Source: Patescibacteria group bacterium (GTDB lineage: Bacteria > Patescibacteriota > UBA1384 > XYA2-FULL-43-10 > 1-14-0-10-43-13). From it: DNA of 64,000 nucleotides. Below are positions 7,905 to 17,010 of this stretch, in pieces (position 1 is the stretch's first letter; every line of letters begins with the position of its first letter). A model generated the notes under the pieces. That model had not been told where the DNA came from. It saw nothing but the letters and a program-made list of their open reading frames with translations, and ran no database searches. The stretch spans positions 265,357-329,356 of the forward strand of contig JBAZBD010000001.1 of assembly GCA_041671645.1 (NCBI GenBank), given 5' to 3'. Position numbers and translations under genes: made by a program.

Positions 7905-9431
7905 ATGAAATTACCTTTAGATTTTGATTCTAGAGACAAATTTAAGTTTTTTCACGCGAAGAGAAATCCCTTTTCATTTTTGAGTAAGTTTTTCTTTAAT
8001 TTGAAGAAGAGTTATCTTCTAATGTCCAAGATAGAAAGAGTCGGCGCACTCTTTTTTTCGTTGTTGGCCTTTGTCCTGATTGGATTTAAGCTCTACGACC
8101 TGTATCTTCTCATGACTGTCTCAATCCCGACCTCGGGTGGCGTTTACGAAGAAGCGGTATATGGGGATCTCAAATATATCAATCCGATCACGGCTCAATC
8201 AGAGACCGATAGGTCTGTCTCCAAATTGCTCTTCTCTGGACTTGTCAAAGTCGCGAGCCAGGACAAGATCTTGCCTGATCTGGCGGAAAAATGGGAAACA
8301 TCGACCGATGGCCAGACCTACACCTTCTATCTCAAGAAAAATCTGACTTTTAGCGATGGCGCGGCTTTAACCGCCAACGACGTTGCTTACACCGTCGACT
8401 ATATCAAGGATCCGGCTTCGAAGAGCCCGCTTCTAAACAGCTGGTCAAACGTAACTGTCCAAGTTGTCGACGACTACACCGTCACTTTCTCTCTTCCAAA
8501 AGTCTATGGACCATTCATCTACAACTGTGCTTTTGGCATCCTGCCTTCTCACCTATCGAGTGACGAATTTTCGAAGAAGTTGAGCGGGAGCGGCCCATAC
8601 AAATTCCTGAAATCCAGCAAGACAAAAGATAGTACCAAGATTTCATCAATCGAACTGGTCAAAAACACGAATTATGCCGGCTCGACCCCCTATATTGATA
8701 AACTGAAACTCGATTTCTACGCTAGCAAAGATGAGGCCAAGAGCGCTTATGAGAACGGCAAGAAGGTCAACGGGCTTTTTGGCACGACTTCTGGAGTAGG
8801 CCAGGACAAGAGCTTTCAGTCTGGCCGCCGCCTTGGCTTGATTGCCAATGTTACGAGCGAAAAATTGAAGGATGTTGCGGTCAGACAAAAACTTTTTGAG
8901 GCTACTGCCAAATTTGATACCGCAGTTGACTTAAACCTGGCTACTCTGGACGCTTCGTATCAGCGCGCCAAAGCGGATGAGCTGGTCGCCAAGTACAAAG
9001 AGTTGAACGTGAATTTGAACGTTCAATATTTGACGCCTTTGCAATTTCCAGACGCGATCTCGGCTCGCAAATATGATCTCTTGCTCTATGGATTTGACTT
9101 TGGCTATGACCGAGACCCTTATACTTTCTGGCATTCGAGCCAGGTCGCTAGTGGCATGAACTTCGCTGGCTGGTCAGACAAGGCTTCGGATATCTTGCTT
9201 GAAGATGCTCGCATGATTATTGATCCAGTTCAACGTAATGCCAAATATGACGAATTCTTTGCCAATGTCTTCACCAAGCAGTTCCTGGGCCAATTCTATG
9301 ATCCGATAAGCTACAATTTCGCTGTCAAAGATTCGATCAGGAATGTTGGCAGTATCGCAGGCAATCAGGTATATTCCAGGTACAGCGATATTTCCAGCTG
9401 GCATATCGAGGAGAAGAGAGTACGCAAATAG
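7905..9431 (+). CDS. Peptide ABC transporter substrate-binding protein (family 5, OppA-like)
   Basis: LFSGLV, PDLAEKW, YTFYLK...FSDG..LTANDVAYT, GSGPYK, DPYTFWHSSQ. Confidence 0.9.
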   Translation: MKLPLDFDSRDKFKFFHAKRNPFSFLSKFFFNLKKSYLLMSKIERVGALFFSLLAFVLIGFKLYDLYLLMTVSIPTSGGVYEEAVYGDLKYINPITAQSETDRSVSKLLFSGLVKVASQDKILPDLAEKWETSTDGQTYTFYLKKNLTFSDGAALTANDVAYTVDYIKDPASKSPLLNSWSNVTVQVVDDYTVTFSLPKVYGPFIYNCAFGILPSHLSSDEFSKKLSGSGPYKFLKSSKTKDSTKISSIELVKNTNYAGSTPYIDKLKLDFYASKDEAKSAYENGKKVNGLFGTTSGVGQDKSFQSGRRLGLIANVTSEKLKDVAVRQKLFEATAKFDTAVDLNLATLDASYQRAKADELVAKYKELNVNLNVQYLTPLQFPDAISARKYDLLLYGFDFGYDRDPYTFWHSSQVASGMNFAGWSDKASDILLEDARMIIDPVQRNAKYDEFFANVFTKQFLGQFYDPISYNFAVKDSIRNVGSIAGNQVYSRYSDISSWHIEEKRVRK

Positions 9432-9497
9432 TTATAAAGTTAAAAGTTTAAAGTTCGTAAAGTCTATGATTTTCTTTACAACTTTATACTTTTGACT
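9430..9497. repeat. Degenerate 7-9-nt AAAGTY tandem array with inverted second arm
   Basis: AAAGTT/AAAGTC units at 9430-9464 followed by reverse-complement ACTTT units at 9474-9497. Confidence 0.75.
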
Positions 9498-9502
9498 CAT
9501 TT

Positions 9503-9588
9503 GGGCGAATGGTGAAATGGCAGACACGCAGCGTTCAGAGCGCTGTGAGAGCAATCTCGTGGAGGTTCAAGTCCTCTTTCGCCCACCA
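9503..9588 (+). tRNA. tRNA-Leu(CAG)
   Basis: Class II cloverleaf, stem CAGCG-TTCAGAG-CGCTG, CCA end. Confidence 0.95.
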
Positions 9589-9600
9589 AAATAAGATTCA

Positions 9601-9632
9601 AAAGAGGCGGCTTTACGGTCGCTTCTTTTTTT
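9601..9632 (+). terminator. Intrinsic terminator after tRNA-Leu
   Basis: AAGAGGCGGC...GTCGCTTCTT plus T tract. Confidence 0.7.
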
Positions 9633-9687
9633 GTTACGGTCTGGTGGGCAAATGCCCGTACACATATATTTTAAGGGGGGTTATCTC

Positions 9688-11019
9688 ATGCGTATATTCG
9701 GAATAGTCGCGGAGCCAGGTATAGATATCTGGCTTGATATCATCGTGGCTCTAAGCCTGCAAGGTTATGCAGGACCGCGAGGATGCGGCTTCGGTCTTCG
9801 GACCAAGGCTGGTCTCCAGCTTTGGCACTCGGCTTTGGTAGCCGCCCAAGCCTTTGCGAGGATGTCCGCTAGCGAAATTTCGGGATATGTAGGCAATATT
9901 GGTATCGGTTGCAATTCAACGACCGGTGTCATGATGCCAATTCGTTTCTCAAATCTCAGCGGGGATGACATTTTAGTGGTTATCGACAGCAATGTTCAAA
10001 CTGCTAAGGATGTTGTTGAGCAAATGGAACGGGGGACAACATTACGTGATTCCGTCGAGATTGCGATGAGGAATGTCGTGGGACATTTTGCTTTGGTCGC
10101 AATGTCGAACGATGATGAGATTGTCTGCGGTCGAAACAGCGGGCTTATGCCCTTATCGATAAGCAAGATAGTCGGCGACCATGGCGTCGAGGCTATGTAC
10201 GTCTCGTCTTCAAGCAGAGTTCTCAACCGAGGCGTCTCGTTCGTCCGTAGCGTTATGCCTGGGGAGATAGCTGTTCTGAGCTGTAATGGCTTTATTGCCG
10301 AAGGTATCAACATAATTGAAAACCTCGGTTGCCCACTGGAGGGATTGTTTCATCTACCGCCAGGCGATCAATTCGGCGGAATTGGGGTTCAGGATATCCG
10401 TTATGCTACCGGGAGAGCTCTCGGTCATAATGTTTTGAGAGATCGCCCCGAAATTATTGATAAGAACTGTGTCGTCATAGCAATCCCTGATGGTGGCAAC
10501 AAAGTAGCCGAAGGATTAGCTTATCAGCTTGGAGTAAAGTTTTTGTCGAACTTGGCTGTTAAAAACCGCTATCCAGACAATAAAGGGATCAAAAACCTGA
10601 CCATTCGTGGAGTTGCAATTAGCAGCAAGTACACTCTAGCAGGTGCAATCCCGATTCGCTTGCCAGGAGTTGAGATGTTCAATGAGATGCTGAATGGAAA
10701 GAACGTGTTCCTTGTCGACGACTCTTTCTATTCTGGTTGGACATTCGAGCATTTTCTCTATCTTTGCAAGGAAGCTGGCGCTGATAAGGTGCATGGATTT
10801 GCACCAACAATTGCGGGTAGTCCGTGCTCTTACGGCAAGGATGCTCATCGTGAAGGATCAAAGGCGCGGGATCACACTGGTCAGATAGATCAGATAGCCA
10901 GGGATATCGGCCTTGATAGTTTTACAACACTTTCTCGTAGGGAGCTTATTGGGGCGATCAACACGCCGCAGAAGATACTCTGCACAGAATGCCTGTGCTT
11001 CTCGCCCCAGCTAGATTAG
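9688..11019 (+). CDS. Divergent amidophosphoribosyltransferase (PurF)-like protein lacking the N-terminal catalytic Cys
   Basis: Likely start MRIFGIV after a GGGGGG RBS; IPDGG, KNRY, PRPP loop LVDDSFYSGWT, SPCSYG, CTEC. Confidence 0.8.
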   Translation: MRIFGIVAEPGIDIWLDIIVALSLQGYAGPRGCGFGLRTKAGLQLWHSALVAAQAFARMSASEISGYVGNIGIGCNSTTGVMMPIRFSNLSGDDILVVIDSNVQTAKDVVEQMERGTTLRDSVEIAMRNVVGHFALVAMSNDDEIVCGRNSGLMPLSISKIVGDHGVEAMYVSSSSRVLNRGVSFVRSVMPGEIAVLSCNGFIAEGINIIENLGCPLEGLFHLPPGDQFGGIGVQDIRYATGRALGHNVLRDRPEIIDKNCVVIAIPDGGNKVAEGLAYQLGVKFLSNLAVKNRYPDNKGIKNLTIRGVAISSKYTLAGAIPIRLPGVEMFNEMLNGKNVFLVDDSFYSGWTFEHFLYLCKEAGADKVHGFAPTIAGSPCSYGKDAHREGSKARDHTGQIDQIARDIGLDSFTTLSRRELIGAINTPQKILCTECLCFSPQLD

Positions 11020-11047
11020 CTGGGGCAATTTTAATCCAAATTTTTCT

Positions 11048-11076
11048 TTGACAAAAATAAAGTAATTTGCTATGGT
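11048..11076 (+). promoter_or_regulatory. sigma70 promoter of the tRNA-Val/Leu-rpsA unit
   Basis: TTGACA-17 nt-TATGGT with an extended TG. Confidence 0.65.
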
Positions 11077-11151
11077 GAGTAAGTTAAAACATTATTAAAC
11101 CAGCTTGAATATTTAGATAAGTTATATTCGGGCTGCGGCCCGTTTTTTTAT

Positions 11152-11228
11152 GCGCGCTTAGCTCAGTTGGTTAGAGCATCTCGTTTACACCGAGAGGGTC
11201 GGGGGTTCGAATCCCTCAGCGCGCACCA
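11152..11228 (+). tRNA. tRNA-Val(TAC)
   Basis: Stem TCTCG-TTTACAC-CGAGA, GTTCGAATC, CCA. Confidence 0.95.
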
Positions 11229-11315
11229 GGGCGAATGGTGAAATTGGTATACACGCTACCTTGAGGTGGTAGTGGGAGCAATCCCGTGGAGGTTCAAGTC
11301 CTCTTTCGCCCACCA
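11229..11315 (+). tRNA. tRNA-Leu(GAG)
   Basis: Stem CTACC-TTGAGGT-GGTAG, long variable arm, CCA. Confidence 0.95.
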
Positions 11316-11341
11316 ATCTTATTAGTAAGATTTCGATTATT

Positions 11342-11722
11342 ATGTTTGATAAGGCAACGTTATTTAGCCCAATACCTAGCCCGAATGCGCCATATTTCGT
11401 AGTGTTGGCAATTTCGGCAGTGATCGTGATACTGATGGCGACAGCAATATTGCTTTTCATCAAGAACGAATGGAGACGATTTGCCGTCAAATACGTTCCG
11501 CCATTTATGACCTTCGGTGTTCTTGGCCTGATTCACCTGGCGGCTCGATATGAAGGTCTGCCATGGCTTGCATCAAACATTTTCTTTGTTTCACTTCTGG
11601 CCATCTTCTCAATTTGGATCCTCGTTATAGCCGTTTGGAGCTTGAGAGCGATACCAAAATTTGCGAAGGAGCAGGAAGCGAACGAGAGATATGAGAAATA
11701 TTTACCAAAGAAAAAGAAATAA
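11342..11722 (+). CDS. Hypothetical membrane protein
   Basis: Three TM segments; C-terminal YEKYLPKKKK. Confidence 0.8.
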   Translation: MFDKATLFSPIPSPNAPYFVVLAISAVIVILMATAILLFIKNEWRRFAVKYVPPFMTFGVLGLIHLAARYEGLPWLASNIFFVSLLAIFSIWILVIAVWSLRAIPKFAKEQEANERYEKYLPKKKK

Positions 11723-11766
11723 TATATATAGAAAATCCGGCGAACCCGGAATAGGAGATATTTAGA

Positions 11767-13050
11767 ATGACAGATGAAGAGAAGAAGGAAGAAGTAGTTG
11801 AGACAGTAGCAGAAGTCGCGCCAGAGGTTGTGAAACCAAAGCATTCTGGCAAGGACACGATGGAGAGCCTTATCGAGGAACTTGGCGATAAGCTTTTGCC
11901 ATTTGCTGAAGGCGATACCGTAGAAGCGGTTATTTTGGCCGTTTCTGGAAACAGAATCTGGGTCGACGTAGCTGGCCAGTCGCTTGGTTTTGTTCCTGAG
12001 AAGGAAATCACATCCAAAACTGGTATGAAGACAGGTGACAAGATTTTGGCCACCGTACTTTCGATGGAAGACGAGGATGGCAATGTTGTCCTTTCACTCA
12101 AACGTGCTGACAGAGAGAAATATTGGGCTGATATGGAAGCCGGATTCAAGAGCGGCGAGCCAGTTACAGTCAAGATCACTGATGCCAACAAGGGCGGACT
12201 TATGACTGATATTGGCGGAATCATGGGCTTCTTGCCCGTTTCACAGCTTGCTCCAGCACATTACCCTAGAGTTACTGGCGGAGACAAAGAAGAAATTTTG
12301 AGTCGTTTACGCAAATATGTCGGTACCGATTTCGTAGTCAAGGTCATCACTTGCGAGAGAGAGACTAGCAAATTGATCTTCTCCGAGAAGGCTGTTAAAG
12401 CTCAGGAAGTCAAAAACAAGATTGATAAATTCGCAGTTGGCGACAAAGTTAAGGGCAAAATTACCGGTATCGTTGATTTTGGTCTGTTTGTCTCTATTGA
12501 CCCTGAAATTGAAGCGCTTGTACATATTTCCGAAGTATCTTGGAACAGAGTTTCAGACCTCAACAGATTATTCAAAGTCGGAGACGAAGTTGAGACTATG
12601 GTTATCTCAGTTGAGGACGGTCGCGTTTCACTTTCTCTCAAGAGATTGCTTCCTGACCCTTGGGTCAAGGCCGCTTCCAAGTACAAAGTTGGCGATGTCG
12701 TCGAGGGTGAAGTGACCAAGATTACCCCATTTGGCGCTTTCGTCTCACTAGACGAAGAGATTGACGGACTTGTCCATGTCTCTGAGCTTTCTGTCGAAAG
12801 AATTGTAGACCCAAGCAAAGTTGTCGAATTGGGCAAGAAATATTCTTTCAAAATTATCTCTATCGAAGCAGAAAATCACAGACTAGGGCTTTCTATGAAA
12901 GTTGATTCCAAGGCTCCAAAAGCTGAAAAAGAAGAGAAAAAGGCCAAAGTAGAAAAAGTAGAAGAAGTTGAGGCCGAAGTCGAAGAGAAACCAAAGAAGG
13001 TCAAGAGAGTGAAGAAAACCAAGATCGACGACCTCGAAGAAATGGCCTAA
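11767..13050 (+). CDS. rpsA: 30S ribosomal protein S1 (four S1 domains)
   Basis: ANKGGL, GFLPVSQL, DFGLFV, LVHISEVSW, PFGAFV, LSLK. Confidence 0.95.
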   Translation: MTDEEKKEEVVETVAEVAPEVVKPKHSGKDTMESLIEELGDKLLPFAEGDTVEAVILAVSGNRIWVDVAGQSLGFVPEKEITSKTGMKTGDKILATVLSMEDEDGNVVLSLKRADREKYWADMEAGFKSGEPVTVKITDANKGGLMTDIGGIMGFLPVSQLAPAHYPRVTGGDKEEILSRLRKYVGTDFVVKVITCERETSKLIFSEKAVKAQEVKNKIDKFAVGDKVKGKITGIVDFGLFVSIDPEIEALVHISEVSWNRVSDLNRLFKVGDEVETMVISVEDGRVSLSLKRLLPDPWVKAASKYKVGDVVEGEVTKITPFGAFVSLDEEIDGLVHVSELSVERIVDPSKVVELGKKYSFKIISIEAENHRLGLSMKVDSKAPKAEKEEKKAKVEKVEEVEAEVEEKPKKVKRVKKTKIDDLEEMA

Positions 13051-13078
13051 TTTAACGATTTAAGTACCTGGAGGAATA

Positions 13079-13567
13079 ATGCAGATAAAATACAAGGGTG
13101 ACGCGAAGTTCGAGATCAAGTCCAAAGACTTGGAAGTTATGCTCGACGGCAATATTTCGATCAACGGATTTAAGTTTCCTGGTCCAGGCGAATATGAGAA
13201 GGGCGGAGTAATCCTAAATGGTATTTCTGATGGAAGCAACACGATCTATACCGCCAAAATCGAGGATATGAATGTATGCTATCTTGGACGGATCAATCAT
13301 GAGCTTTCTGAAGAAGAGGCCAAGGGGATTGGCGATACTGACATTTTGTTCCTTCCGCTTGGCGAGGATGGCTCGGCTAATCTCAAAATCGCGCTCAAGA
13401 TTCTTTCAAATATTGACCCTCGCGTAGTGATCCCGATGCTCTATTCAGACCTCTCTGAATTCAAAAAAAGCGAAGGCTATACAGACGGCGAACTAGATGT
13501 GCTCAAAATCAAAAAGAACGAACTACCAGAAGAAGAGAGAAAGCTTGTCATCTTGCAAGCCAATTAG
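13079..13567 (+). CDS. MBL-fold hydrolase-like protein (Lactamase_B_3-like), metal motif absent
   Basis: GPGEYEKGGV, NTIY, DILFLPLG, IDPRVVIPM. Confidence 0.75.
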   Translation: MQIKYKGDAKFEIKSKDLEVMLDGNISINGFKFPGPGEYEKGGVILNGISDGSNTIYTAKIEDMNVCYLGRINHELSEEEAKGIGDTDILFLPLGEDGSANLKIALKILSNIDPRVVIPMLYSDLSEFKKSEGYTDGELDVLKIKKNELPEEERKLVILQAN

Positions 13568-13572
13568 CAACA

Positions 13573-13654
13573 GAATTTCTAATTAATCTAATTGCTCTAA
13601 TTGACCTAAAATTTAGAAATTAGTAATTAGAAATTAGTAATTGGAGCGAAGCGA
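13573..13654. repeat. AT-rich 7-9-nt tandem array with inverted arms, ending in GCGAAGC
   Basis: AATTTCT/AATT..CT units, then AGAAATT/AGTAATT units, then GGAGCGAAGCGAC. Confidence 0.8.
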
Positions 13655-13657
13655 CCC

Positions 13658-14617
13658 ATGGCCTCATCCACAAAACTCAAGCAAATTCTGGAGGACAAGG
13701 AGAGTTTCTTTTTGATATGCCATGTTGACCCCGACGGCGACGCCATAGGGTCAATCTTGGCTTTGGACGAATATCTGATCGGCCAGGGCAAGAAAACGAC
13801 CTTGCTTTGCCGGGACACTGTTCCCGATATGTTTACTTTCTTGCCGGGGGCAGTGAAAATTTCCATGGATTTTCCGGTTGATCCGCCAGGAGCGATTATT
13901 CTGCTGGACAACGGCGATTTTCGCAGGACTGGCTATCAGGAGGAGATTACAAGAGCGAAGAAATCGGGAGTTTCAATAATCAATATTGATCATCACCCGA
14001 AGAACGATTTGTGGAAAAAAGTGAGTCTAAACTATGCAGACGAGAGTCTATCCTCGACCTGCGAGGTATTATACGGAATTTTTGCAGACTTGAGCTCAAA
14101 TCTGACCTCAGCAATGGCGACCGCTCTTCTGACCGGTATATATTTTGATACCGGGGGATTCCGTCACTCCAATACGACAGACGAGGTCTTGTCGATCGCT
14201 TCTGATCTTCTGAAGAAGGGGGCACGACTTCAAAAGATCACCGAGAATATTGACAACTCACGCTCATTTTCACTTTTCAAACTCTGGGGTATTGCCCTTG
14301 AGCGACTACGATTGAATCGCAAGTATGGGATTTCGGTGTCCGTCATTACAGCGGAAGATATCGCGAAGGCAGGGGCGAGTGAAGAGGAGGTTTCTGGGCT
14401 TGTAAATTTGCTCAATTCGGCTCCAGAATCTGAAGTAGCAATGTTGCTTTGCGAAAGTTTTGATGCTAAAATCAAAGGCAGTTTACGGACGGAGAGCGAC
14501 AAAATCGATGTCTCGCGCCTTGCCAAACTTTTTGGTGGCGGAGGACACAAGAAGGCGGCAGGATTCACGATCGACGGTCGAATCAAGATCGTAGACAATC
14601 GTTGGACAATTATATAG
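13658..14617 (+). CDS. nrnA: DHH-family oligoribonuclease/PAP phosphatase NrnA
   Basis: HVDPDGDAIGS, IDHH, DTGGFRHSNT, GSLR, GGGGHKKAAG. Confidence 0.93.
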   Translation: MASSTKLKQILEDKESFFLICHVDPDGDAIGSILALDEYLIGQGKKTTLLCRDTVPDMFTFLPGAVKISMDFPVDPPGAIILLDNGDFRRTGYQEEITRAKKSGVSIINIDHHPKNDLWKKVSLNYADESLSSTCEVLYGIFADLSSNLTSAMATALLTGIYFDTGGFRHSNTTDEVLSIASDLLKKGARLQKITENIDNSRSFSLFKLWGIALERLRLNRKYGISVSVITAEDIAKAGASEEEVSGLVNLLNSAPESEVAMLLCESFDAKIKGSLRTESDKIDVSRLAKLFGGGGHKKAAGFTIDGRIKIVDNRWTII

Positions 14618-14647
14618 TTTTTAACTGGCAGTTTATTATAATTCCAG

Positions 14648-14685
14648 TTTTGACTTTCTACTTTTTACTTTTAACTTTATAACTT
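14648..14685 (-). repeat. AAAGTN heptamer array (minus strand)
   Basis: GACTTTC TACTTTT TACTTTT AACTTTA TAACTT. Confidence 0.75.
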
Positions 14686-14690
14686 AATCA

Positions 14691-14775
14691 GCCCGAGTGG
14701 TGGAATGGTAGACACAAGGGACTTAAAATCCCTCGCCTAAACAGCGTGCCGGTTCGACTCCGGCCTCGGGTACCA
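14691..14775 (+). tRNA. tRNA-Leu(TAA)
   Basis: AGGGA-CTTAAAA-TCCCT, GTTCGACTC, ACCA. Confidence 0.95.
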
Positions 14776-14810
14776 TAGAAAAAACCTGGCTTTGTGCCAG
14801 GTTTTTTCTA
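14776..14810. terminator. Bidirectional terminator
   Basis: TAGAAAAAACCTGGC-tttgt-GCCAGGTTTTTTCTA. Confidence 0.85.
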
Positions 14811-14830
14811 TGTAAAGATTTTGTGTAAAT

Positions 14831-15454
14831 TTATTTACTGATTTTGCTGAGTACTGTGTCGTCGATGAAGCCCATAATCTTGGATCCCGTTGGCTCATAG
14901 ACAAATAAGCCGACAATCAAAACTACGAATACAATCCAGATAATCCATGACATCGCGCTAGCTGGTTTTTTCGTGTTTTCTGGCAGCGGTGCACCCTCTA
15001 ACCGTGCGGCTTCAGGAGAAGCGCTAGGATAGATACCTGTTGCTCCGGTTTGCTCAAGGGTTGGCGGGTCGCTTGGTACACTTGTCGAAATCGGTGTAGT
15101 AATCACAGGATTTTGCGGAGTGGCAGGCGTTGGCTCTGGTATTCCCATCGGAGCTGGAGGTGTAGTAGCAATGGCTGGAGCAGGCTCTGGCCCTTTGCTA
15201 AATGAAATTTGATCCGATGGACCAGGAGTCGGCATTGGCGCAACTGGAGGCATCGGTGGGGCTGGCGCGGCCTGCGCTGGTGAGACAAAGGCTGATTCTA
15301 GGACGCCATGCGTCGTGTCTACTTCGGCGTCCTGCTCTGGTGCTGCGCTGGTGTCAGGCATGGTGTTTGAGGGCGTGGTTGCTACTGGGGCGGGAGCTGG
15401 GTTTGGAACAGTGTTGCTACTCTGGTTTTGACCATTGTTTGTAAGATCGTCCAT
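14831..15454 (-). CDS. Pro/Thr/Ala-rich disordered protein with a C-terminal TM anchor
   Basis: Low-complexity N-terminus; WIIWIVFVVLIVGLF; GGAGG RBS. Confidence 0.85.
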   Translation of the reverse strand: MDDLTNNGQNQSSNTVPNPAPAPVATTPSNTMPDTSAAPEQDAEVDTTHGVLESAFVSPAQAAPAPPMPPVAPMPTPGPSDQISFSKGPEPAPAIATTPPAPMGIPEPTPATPQNPVITTPISTSVPSDPPTLEQTGATGIYPSASPEAARLEGAPLPENTKKPASAMSWIIWIVFVVLIVGLFVYEPTGSKIMGFIDDTVLSKISK

Positions 15455-15548
15455 AATCCTCCTAGATAAATATTCTTCATTATTATAAACCGTAGAGATA
15501 TTTTTGCAACTATTTGTGAGATTCGGCCAAGTTTGTTAACATCAACTT

Positions 15549-16283
15549 ATGGATCATTGGCAAGAAAATGAATTTGAATCGCATCAGAAGGCGGCAAAAG
15601 CGCTGGACATGATAATGGCCGAGGCTTTTGATTTTATCCAGGAAAACGAGAATTCAGTCTCGGAGTATGATGTCCAGCAGAATATTATGAAAGGTTTTAG
15701 GCGAGCTGGGCTTGTCTCGGACAATGAGCCGCCGATCGTAGCATTCGGGCCGAACACTCGGCATGTTCATTATTTCCCGGGTCAGGATTCGAGGGTTCTA
15801 CAGGAAAATGATTTGATCATGATCGACATCTGGGCCAGTTTTCCAGGCCAAAATCCCTATGCCGATATTACTTGGATGGGCTATCGGGGTACCGAGATTG
15901 ATCCAGAAATCAAATTGAAGACTGACCTTGTTTTTGAGGCTCGCGACCAGGCAATTAAATATCTGAAAAGCTCGTTAGACAAAAATATCATTCCAACCGG
16001 CGAAGAAATTGATCGGGTCGCCAGAGACTACTTTGGAGAGTACGAAGCGAACTTCTTCCACACTCTTGGCCATTCGCTCGGATTTGATTCTCCTCATGGC
16101 AGACATGGTCGACTTGGAGCGGGGAACATCGATCCGCTTCTTCAAAATGTTGGTTACACGATCGAGCCGGGTTTGTATTTTGATCTGTTTGGCGCACGAA
16201 GTGAGATTGATTTTATCATTACTGAAAAGAAAAAAATGATAATTACGACAAAAGTTCAGAGCAAAATAGTGGTAATAAAATAG
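15549..16283 (+). CDS. M24-family metallopeptidase (catalytic domain only)
   Basis: IDIWA, ADITW, HTLGH, TIEPGLY, RSE metal ligands. Confidence 0.9.
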   Translation: MDHWQENEFESHQKAAKALDMIMAEAFDFIQENENSVSEYDVQQNIMKGFRRAGLVSDNEPPIVAFGPNTRHVHYFPGQDSRVLQENDLIMIDIWASFPGQNPYADITWMGYRGTEIDPEIKLKTDLVFEARDQAIKYLKSSLDKNIIPTGEEIDRVARDYFGEYEANFFHTLGHSLGFDSPHGRHGRLGAGNIDPLLQNVGYTIEPGLYFDLFGARSEIDFIITEKKKMIITTKVQSKIVVIK

Positions 16284-16344
16284 ACAGAAATTCTTCTTTT
16301 ATCGGAGTTTTTGTGATATTGTGAAAGAAATGAGGGGAATAAAT

Positions 16345-17010
16345 ATGATCAAAAGACACAAAGTTTCAATTTTCATCATTCTGATTTTCGCGGCTGTAGC
16401 TGCCTTCAGCACCTATATTTTCGTGCCAAAGTTTTTCGCAGATGAAGTTTATCCGCTCAAGTACTCTGAGTTTATCGTCAAATATTCAAAAGAGTACAAT
16501 GTCGACCCGGCTCTGCTGGCTGCTCTGATCTTCCAGGAAAGCCGCTTTAATCCCAAGGCTGTGTCTCCAGCTGGTGCACAGGGCATCGCGCAGTTCATGC
16601 CAGGGACAGCCAGGACGATGGCCAACGAACTTGGGCTCAAGACATATGATATTTTCGACGCCGAGACCGGCATTCGTTTTGCGGCTGCCCATCTTCGAGA
16701 CTTGCTCAACAAATACGACAACAACACTGATCAAGCTCTAGCTAGTTACAACGCTGGCACTGGCACGGTTGACCGTTGGGTCAGTCTCAACATCTTTGAG
16801 AAAATTATTGGTGGTAATTCCAAGACCGAGACAGTCAACTACGTCAAAAAGATCACTCGCTATCGGGATGTTTATCGCACGATGTATCCGGTTGAATTGG
16901 GCTTGACAGTACCAGTCGTCAGGACGGTGACTCAGGAAGATACCCAGGCTCAGATCAGAGGCTATATCTGGACCAGGATATTTAGTGATTTGATCACATT
17001 CAATAGATAG
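16345..17010 (+). CDS. Lytic transglycosylase (SLT domain)
   Basis: IFQESRFNPKAVSPAGAQGIAQFMPGTA, ALASYNAG, ETVNYV. Confidence 0.93.
   Translation: MIKRHKVSIFIILIFAAVAAFSTYIFVPKFFADEVYPLKYSEFIVKYSKEYNVDPALLAALIFQESRFNPKAVSPAGAQGIAQFMPGTARTMANELGLKTYDIFDAETGIRFAAAHLRDLLNKYDNNTDQALASYNAGTGTVDRWVSLNIFEKIIGGNSKTETVNYVKKITRYRDVYRTMYPVELGLTVPVVRTVTQEDTQAQIRGYIWTRIFSDLITFNR

Noticed and set aside
9558-11315. Identical 31-nt 3' ends of tRNA-Leu(CAG) and tRNA-Leu(GAG) flanking the purF-like gene, resembling attL/attR
   Set aside because: Both are complete isoacceptor tRNAs, no integrase is present, and paralogy explains the identity.
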